Translations under genes and position numbers: made by a program
NCBI GenBank assembly: GCA_030599585.1
Contig: JAUVNS010000018.1
Location: forward strand, 25,253 to 89,252
Direction of reading: 5' to 3'
DNA length: 64,000 bases
Source: Promethearchaeota archaeon
Lineage (GTDB): Archaea > Asgardarchaeota > Lokiarchaeia > Sigyniarchaeales > SOKP01
In this document: positions 58,760 through 64,000 of the stretch, in pieces
How the letters are laid out: every line of letters starts with the position of its first letter
Position numbering within the stretch: the first letter of the stretch is position 1
Notes under the pieces: generated by a model
What the model was told of the DNA's origin: nothing
Database searches by the model: none
Seen by the model: the letters and a program-made list of their open reading frames with translations, nothing else

Positions 58760-60502
58760 TCATTTATTTTTCAGTCTGCTAATAGGTCTAAAAACACCCA
58801 TTAGAAAATAAACAATGGGAGAAACTATTAATATTTTTATAAAATTTCTGAAACGGCGATTGTGAAGCATAGCTCTTGCCACGCTTGGACTGAACTTGTA
58901 GTAAACCCACTCATAAGCTTCTATAAATAATGCTCCAATTCTCATTTTTCTCAATCTGACCTCTCGGATCTGTCGTAAAAATCTCACTTGGGGTGCTAAT
59001 GGAGATTCATAGGCTGCTGAAGCTATAAAACAATCTCCTCCAGTAACTGCTTCTACAGCGTCTACTAAACCTAGACCTGTAGCATCATCTTTCCCGGTAG
59101 ATGCAAGATCGCCACAAGCAGATGTTCCTCTTGTGATATCTCTTGCGGTCCTCCTGAGATTAAGTTTGATCAACGCGGGAGTATAGTCGACACCATCTCC
59201 TCGATACCGTTCTATCATGAGTGCAGCCACACCCGCTACTTGGGGAGCTGCACTAGAAGTTCCGCTTCCAACAAGCCAACCATCGTCGGGAGCCGTTCCA
59301 TCACCGGCAGAAAAACTTTGATCCACTTCACTATTAGGTTGAGTTGGTAGTGTTATTAAAATCCCATTTGGTGCTTTACCGACAATTCCACAGACATCTG
59401 GAACTTTTCTTGGACCAGACGAATCTGAATATAGAACGGATTGCCCGCTACTAGAGTAGCTGGATGCTTCCCAATTTTCTAAATTTTCCCAATTTTTTAT
59501 ATCCTCTATGTATGCACCCCCTACAGATATTACATCTAACATTGTACTTGGCCAACAGACACAACATTGAATCAATGCTTTCCGATTACCAGCTGCAAAA
59601 ATAACAGTTATACCCCTGTCAATTAATCCTTCAATTTCAGCCTCTATAGAGGCTCTAGATTCAATAAATTCCTCTACTAAAAGCATCCAACCTTCTGCTA
59701 TCCCCCAACTACAGGAAACAATATCTACTTTTTTACTAGCATTTAAAAAGTAAGTAGCAAGAAATGCGGTCCAAATGTCATGAATTTCTGGCTCTTCTTG
59801 CAATGCTTTAATCATTGTTAACTCTACATCTGGAGCTACTGCGAAGAGATTAGCTGCGATTGCAGTACCATGTCCTATACTATCATTAGCAGTATCTCCT
59901 ATCACTGAATAGACGTCTGTTGAGTAGCCTCTAGTGCTATAGTAGGGATGATTATAAAATCCCGAATCGACCATGACAACATGTACTCCTCTTCCTGTAT
60001 AACCCCAACGATGACATTCTGAGGCATTCATGAGCTCAGTTACATGGTCTGGGATTAATAAATGGTGATAATTTGGAACTGGAGGGTTCGGCGATTGTGA
60101 ATATTTAAATGGAGGAGAAAAAGTTACTTTTTCTACGAAAGCAATTAATTTTTCTGGGATTGTAATATCTGAAATAGGTGAAAAATATCTAGCTCTTGGT
60201 TGTGTTGTTCCTCTAAATAATGAGTATCGTCTTTTTTTTAACTGAGTTTTGAAGATTTCTTCGAAATGTTTTCTAGTAGAAGATATAACAAGAGTGAACC
60301 GTCCTTTTACAATTGTTTTAAATCCCATTTCATTTAATAGTTTTTCTGTTGATTCAAATGCACCCTTAGGAGGATCAAATTCCTGCATTTCCGTTTTTTT
60401 TCCTTTTTTTCGTTCAAATATAGACTTTCCGGTTTGAGAGCGAAGAGTAAGATTCGCATGGATTATTTCTTCGGATTTTTCTTTTTTATCACTATCAGAC
60501 AT
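58760..60502 (-). CDS. Subtilisin-family (S8) serine protease with C-terminal CFI-box-CTERM domain
   Basis: Catalytic triad VVMVDSG / GHGTAIA / GTSSAAPQVAG; oxyanion FAAGN; tail GGDCFIASAAY...LRQIRE...YYKFSP plus TM helix. Confidence 0.92.
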   Translation of the reverse strand: MSDSDKKEKSEEIIHANLTLRSQTGKSIFERKKGKKTEMQEFDPPKGAFESTEKLLNEMGFKTIVKGRFTLVISSTRKHFEEIFKTQLKKRRYSLFRGTTQPRARYFSPISDITIPEKLIAFVEKVTFSPPFKYSQSPNPPVPNYHHLLIPDHVTELMNASECHRWGYTGRGVHVVMVDSGFYNHPYYSTRGYSTDVYSVIGDTANDSIGHGTAIAANLFAVAPDVELTMIKALQEEPEIHDIWTAFLATYFLNASKKVDIVSCSWGIAEGWMLLVEEFIESRASIEAEIEGLIDRGITVIFAAGNRKALIQCCVCWPSTMLDVISVGGAYIEDIKNWENLENWEASSYSSSGQSVLYSDSSGPRKVPDVCGIVGKAPNGILITLPTQPNSEVDQSFSAGDGTAPDDGWLVGSGTSSAAPQVAGVAALMIERYRGDGVDYTPALIKLNLRRTARDITRGTSACGDLASTGKDDATGLGLVDAVEAVTGGDCFIASAAYESPLAPQVRFLRQIREVRLRKMRIGALFIEAYEWVYYKFSPSVARAMLHNRRFRNFIKILIVSPIVYFLMGVFRPISRLKNK

Positions 60503-60688
60503 TTTACATCCTTTTTTTTTATTTTATTAAAATATGTGTTGTTTTCATTGGATAGAATTAAAAATTACCTAAGTGTATTTAACATTTATGTAAAATCTCT
60601 CTTCCAACAAAATATAATGAAGTTGAGGAAGAATTTTTGTATTAAATCCTTTTACATTTTAAAAATATGTTCTTTTTCGAAATTGAAC

Positions 60689-60718
60689 GTGGGAGTGTGT
60701 TCCGGAGTTTTAACTCCA
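60689..60718 (+). repeat. 30-bp direct repeat, copy 2, with hairpin
   Basis: GTGGGAGTGTGTTCCGGAGTTTTAACTCCA; internal inverted repeat GGAGTT-TT-AACTCC. Confidence 0.8.
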
Positions 60719-61084
60719 TTTTTTATTTTGCTCTTTTTATTACAAAAAAGTTATATTAGTTATTATATTAGTTTAGATGTTTTATTACAACCGACAATAA
60801 GGTGTCTTACTTCTTAAAATTGGATTTACTTTTTCACTATTCCAAATTTCTAATATTGATATGAATTTTTATTTAGAAATTCATTATTATTACGACTTTT
60901 ATTAATAAAAATATTATCATTTTTATCCCAATTTTTACGCTCGCTTCTCTTGTAATGGAGGTCTCAAATCGCACGACATAAATCTAATAGGTATAGAACC
61001 ATTATAAAGGAAGTAATTAATATAAGAATAAGTTTAAAAAATAAAAAGTTTGAAATTTAAAATTTACTCAATTGATTTGATTAT

Positions 61085-61378
61085 TTATTTTTTAGTTTTT
61101 GAAAATAAATCTCGAAATGATTTTGGATCTGTTTTAATATTTCCACAATGTGAATATTTGTTGCGTCCAACTCCTTCTTGTTCCTCCCATTCCACATCCT
61201 GTATAAATTTCTGATTCATTTTAATATTTGCTTGATCTATAGCTTCGGAAGCAGTTTCACCTTCTCCATTAGTCCACCAGGTATTCCTGTCAATTATCTC
61301 CCCATTCTCAATTTTAACAGCCCATGCTTGAACGCTTGCAGTACATTTTGCCATTTCTTTCACATCACTTATTTTCAA
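61085..61378 (-). CDS. Small hypothetical protein
   Basis: 97-aa ORF with coding-like composition in AT-rich surroundings. Confidence 0.55.
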   Translation of the reverse strand: MKISDVKEMAKCTASVQAWAVKIENGEIIDRNTWWTNGEGETASEAIDQANIKMNQKFIQDVEWEEQEGVGRNKYSHCGNIKTDPKSFRDLFSKTKK

Positions 61379-61604
61379 TAATTTATTTTAATTAAAGTAT
61401 TACAAACTCTAAATATATAGTTTTATATTTTTGTCTAAAGTTTGATAATAATCAAACGAAAATTTAGACATATAACAAATATTAATTGAGATATAGCGAT
61501 TTCATAGAAATATGATTTGACTTATTTATTCTTAATATAATTCTAGTTTCTGAAAAATGAAAACTGAAAAATGAATTGATAAAGCTCGAATGATTTTTAC
61601 TCTG

Positions 61605-61840
61605 TTAAGACTTAGAAAATCTCTCGTTAATGGTATTGATTAATGATTCAGCATTCTTTTTCAGCATGGGATCATTAGAATGATATAATTCCTCGAATAA
61701 AGCCTTATTAACCAATTGTTTATCAAATTGTTTATTGAAATTATTTTTTTTAAAATAAATCTCAATCGCTTCACAAACAGGCTTTTTACTTTTAATATCA
61801 GGAATTACTATGGATAAATCTGAATAAACTGCTTTAAATT
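61605..61840 (-). pseudogene. Start-less C-terminal coding fragment
   Basis: Open frame KAVYSDLSIVIPDIKSKKPVCEAIEIYFKK...LINTINERFSKS*. Confidence 0.3.
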
Positions 61841-61883
61841 TTTAAAAAAAATTGGTTATAAAATCAATGACGAAGTTGAAAAA

Positions 61884-62260
61884 GTGGATATAATATTCTT
61901 TTTTACTAAGGTCAAGAATGGTGTATCTGAACACAAGATTTATCAAATTGGAGGAAGGTATTCTGAAAGCATTGAAGAAATAAGAGGTTTTAGAGACGAG
62001 ATTCGCGATAAATCTCTTGAAGAAAAAAAAGATTTACTTGAAGGAATAACCGAAAGTAGTGAATTTAAGGCATACCACCCCAAGAAAAAAGAGTTTTATC
62101 TAAACATCTTACGAGAAATTTATAATAAATTAAGTCTGGAAAAAAAATACAGGAAGATTCAAAGAAGAATTGAAGACGCTGTAGGAAAGCAAATGGAAGC
62201 AAAAAAATTAATTAAAGGTGATTTAAACATTAGTACTAACCCTTTTAATAATATTAAGAT
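61884..62260 (+). pseudogene. Hypothetical protein fragment whose frame runs on into the next gene
   Basis: About 115 coding-like charged residues, then low-complexity run-through overlapping 62320+. Confidence 0.4.
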
Positions 62261-62319
62261 AATCTATCCAAAAATTTATTTTAAATATTTAAACATAATC
62301 ATACAAAAGGGAGGTTTTT

Positions 62320-62856
62320 ATGAAAATAAGAAAAAAAAAAAACTTTTTATTCTTTATCTTTTTTACTATTACTTTCTCAATGTCTTCTACATTAGTTATG
62401 GCACAACATATACCACCACCACCCGGTGGGGGAAAACCTGCACAAAAAATAGGTGTGTTTATATGGAGTAGTGATGTATGTACACAATCGATTATTGATG
62501 GATATAAGGATGTTTTGGAAGACGAAGGTTACGATATATTCTTCTGTTTTGAGGATCCAAATATTTATACTGTTCTTAGTGCGATAGATGTATATGAAAA
62601 AAGTGGGGATACGATTTTCTTTTACTTTTATGGACATGGTACTTATAATGAATTATACGATAATTCCTACTGGTACTATAGACCAAATCTAGCAATTTCT
62701 TCTCAAACTTTAAGAACGGAATTAGATAAAATGGAAGCGGGAAGAAAGGGAATTTTGATCGAATCTTGTTATTCGGGAGGATTTGCAGATGATTTTGATG
62801 AAGCGAGGGAAATTCCTTTTGTACATGCTCTAACACTACCACTATTGTATCTCTAG
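62320..62856 (+). CDS. Secreted caspase/legumain-like (clan CD) cysteine protease, probably C-terminally truncated
   Basis: RBS GGAGG, signal peptide, PPPP linker, FFYFYGHG and ILIESCYSGGF catalytic His/Cys motifs; similarity stops ~10 aa after the Cys. Confidence 0.75.
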   Translation: MKIRKKKNFLFFIFFTITFSMSSTLVMAQHIPPPPGGGKPAQKIGVFIWSSDVCTQSIIDGYKDVLEDEGYDIFFCFEDPNIYTVLSAIDVYEKSGDTIFFYFYGHGTYNELYDNSYWYYRPNLAISSQTLRTELDKMEAGRKGILIESCYSGGFADDFDEAREIPFVHALTLPLLYL

Positions 62857-63167
62857 TATCGGTTCCATCTAAAGCCTCAAATGATCCGTGAAGCTTTACT
62901 AATATTCCTTTATTTAACTTCTTGTATTTATCTAAAAAAGTTATATATTCGTGCGGATATAAGATAAGGTGTGGAAGGATAAGTAAACCTTCCATGCACT
63001 TCATATGTAATTTTATAAATGTGATGACATATAGGACAATCAGATAAATCAACATCTTCAGAATATTCTGTCCAAGGAAAAAATACTGAAACTGGTGTTT
63101 TGTCTTCATTATGTGAAGAAAAATAATAATGCTAACAAGAAGAGTCCAATAGGAGTACTAAAATAAC

Positions 63168-63230
63168 ATGATTAAATATATAATTCGCATCGCAGTTCTA
63201 GGTTCTGAAAACGTGGGTAAAAAGACTCAA
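63168..63230 (+). pseudogene. Isolated N-terminus (beta1 plus P-loop) of a small GTPase
   Basis: GGAG RBS then MIKYIIRIAVLGSENVGKKT; no further GTPase motifs follow. Confidence 0.5.
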
Positions 63231-63669
63231 TCTTCAATTATAGATGGAATTATTGATATAGATAAACTTGATTATTATCTTAGACATTTGAGGATCTTTG
63301 GGATTATATTTCGATCTAATTTTATTAAAAGTCTCATCCGTTATTATTATACTTGATAATTTTGACATTTCAAAGAGTTTCCATCCTTGTGAGCTACCAG
63401 ATCTACTATGTCCACTAATTTGGTCCTATTTAAAAGTTAGGTAAACTTTACACTAGTAAACTTGAAAGTAATAGTAGTAAAATTCCAAACTACTCTACTC
63501 ACTCTTCGCAGTTTTTCTTTACGAATCTTTACTCGTCTTTACAAAAGTTTACTTTTTATATCATAAAAAATCTAACTAACAAATACGAACATTTTTTCCT
63601 AGATTTTTTAAAAACGAGCTAACTTAAAACTTTGGTTTTAAAAAAAAAAAGTTATTTAAAATTTATTTT

Positions 63670-63999
63670 TCATGATTGTTCACTATTATTTAGCCAACAT
63701 TGGTAATTTGATTGAAATATGTTCTTATGAGCAAAATTAGCAGCTATGCAGCCTCCCCTACAATTAGAAAGCCATGAACATTTTTGACACTTTCCTTGAA
63801 TATCAGAGGTGTTTAAACTTCTAAAGTAATTGAGGAAATTAGAATTTTTCCATATCCAACTAAAACTATGCTCTCTAATGTTATCGGTTTTAACACCAAT
63901 GAAATAATTACATGGTAATATTTCTCCAGTAGAGGTGAGAGTACAATAATGCCTTGCTCCATTGCATCCAATTTGAGATTCTTTATGGGTAGATTCTAA
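63670..63999 (-). CDS. Radical SAM protein, C-terminal SPASM domain (5'-partial; not in ORF track)
   Basis: GCNGARHYCTLTSTGEILPC...NIRE.SF..IW...GKCQKCSWLSNCRGGC...C pattern. Confidence 0.9.
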   Translation of the reverse strand, partial: LESTHKESQIGCNGARHYCTLTSTGEILPCNYFIGVKTDNIREHSFSWIWKNSNFLNYFRSLNTSDIQGKCQKCSWLSNCRGGCIAANFAHKNIFQSNYQCWLNNSEQS

Positions 64000-64000
64000 A

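Noticed and set aside
58494-58811. 105-aa ORF, and the similar 60434-60817 ORF, spanning the direct repeats
   Set aside because: Non-coding-like composition, and both overlap the subtilase gene ends.

Overview
AT-rich archaeal DNA, most likely an Asgard archaeon (Lokiarchaeia/Promethearchaeota). This is inferred from an archaeal histone, RPA, a FEN1 paralog, tandem MPN/JAMM genes, small-GTPase fragments and two members of the 'EFW[AG]HCSNLQAW' family that I recall as expanded in Lokiarchaeia. The first 40% is a single giant ORF (>8,571 aa, open from the window's left edge). Its acidic beta-rich body is followed by DxDxDG-type Ca-binding loops, a ~750-aa block with hydrophobic hairpins, and a ~1,600-aa unrelated tail. 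About 7 kb away, on the other strand, a 1,354-aa ORF consists of a diverged homolog of that same ~750-aa block fused to a different tail carrying a GIY-YIG nuclease. The 3' end of each ORF lies next to a 'HCSNLQAW' gene. This reads best as a giant polymorphic-toxin-like system: conserved delivery trunk, exchangeable effector tip, orphan tip cassette and candidate immunity genes. The function is inference. A short housekeeping-like block with an MPN pair sits between the two ORFs. The region from 36.7 to 64 kb is accessory: a secreted Ig-like protein, HD hydrolase, Cas4-like/NTase fusion, TIR-like-TPR protein, Mrr-like nuclease, two CFI-box-CTERM proteins including a subtilase flanked by 30-bp direct repeats, a truncated caspase-like protease and a radical SAM/SPASM tail. 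It also holds many truncated genes and abrupt junctions. I saw no rRNA, tRNA, CRISPR array, transposase or integrase.
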